From: Paragordius varius
Taxonomy: Eukaryota; Animalia; Nematomorpha
Assembly (NCBI GenBank): GCA_964247055.1
Contig: OZ176050.1
Location: 15,066,001 to 15,130,000 of the forward strand
Direction: 5' to 3'
DNA: 64,000 nucleotides
Under the pieces are notes generated by a model, which searched no databases, was not told where the DNA came from, and saw only the letters and a program-made list of their open reading frames with translations. Below, one piece after another: positions 63,277 through 64,000 of the stretch. Both the position numbers and the translations under genes were made by a program. How positions within the stretch are numbered: the first letter of the stretch is position 1; each line of letters starts with the position of its first letter.

Positions 63277-64000
63277 GTATGTGAAATTTTAGAAACTTTT
63301 TTTTGTTATCAATCACACAGTTTAATGTTAAAATCTTTTACTAGGTGTTTGTCAACATTTTATGGCTATTTGGGGGGCAGTTTTATTTCCCAAGGCCATT
63401 TAAAATTCAAATATCTTAAAACTGAATTTTTAGCTTTGGGCTTAATTTTAAAATACGCTTTTCTTAGCCTTTTAAGCGCATGATTTTCAAAAAAGATGTA
63501 AAATTGTATATAAAATTCAAATCTTTTTTACCGCCATTTAATATTTTTTTGAATCCTGAATACAAAATGCCAATAAATGTAAATTATGGTTGAAATATAT
63601 AAAGAATTATCTTTAGAAAGATTTCACATTGCAATTTTTTAGCAAATTTTTGGTATTTTTCGATTTTAATATCAGCTGTTTGCTTCAATTGTGTTTTGAC
63701 CTGGACTCTATAATTTAGGACTCTTAGAATCCTATTTTGTTATCTAATTCGGGAGAGAATAGAGTTTGATTGGTTAATTAAATTTTAGCCAAAACAAGTT
63801 TTAAAACAGTAGTTAATTTACTATTTAAAATGTCATTGAGGACAAAAAAATAAAATGTTATGTGGTTTCAATTTTTAATTTTACACAATTAAATGAAAAT
63901 TTAATAATGCATTGATTAAAGTTAAATCATTAAATAAACAGGAAAATTATTAAATAAAAAGGAAAATGTCACGTGTAATGAATAATAACTATTATTTCCC

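Overview
This is AT-rich metazoan genomic DNA; the taxon cannot be fixed from the sequence. Six protein-coding genes are supported by manual splicing and motif recognition. (1) A giant secreted protein on the minus strand (447-20356, about 32 exons, roughly 2,900 aa): signal peptide, EAR/EPTP repeats, a long array of beta-rich repeats, a second EAR cluster and a Thr/Ser mucin tail; tentatively closca-like, with 3-4 apparent frameshifts. (2) A class-5-like semaphorin (minus, 23629-42848). (3) An intronless iRhom nested on the same strand in semaphorin intron 1. Its reading frame is split by a young, internally deleted Ty3/Gypsy LTR element with a perfect 5-bp TSD. (4) SPT2 (plus). (5) AP-3 sigma (minus) and (6) pescadillo (plus, runs off the window), which are head-to-head with only 41 bp between their ATGs. 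The housekeeping genes contain 23-31 nt GT-AG mini-introns. Most long introns are inflated by a palindromic TA-flanked MITE, and in one case removing it leaves a 30-nt intron. Also present: three copies of a non-autonomous Helitron with ~325-bp internal tandem units, hAT MITEs, a pair of ~1-kb TIR elements and an RTE-like LINE 3' fragment. No tRNA, rRNA or CRISPR array was recognised. Exon coordinates were derived by hand and may be off by a few bases.
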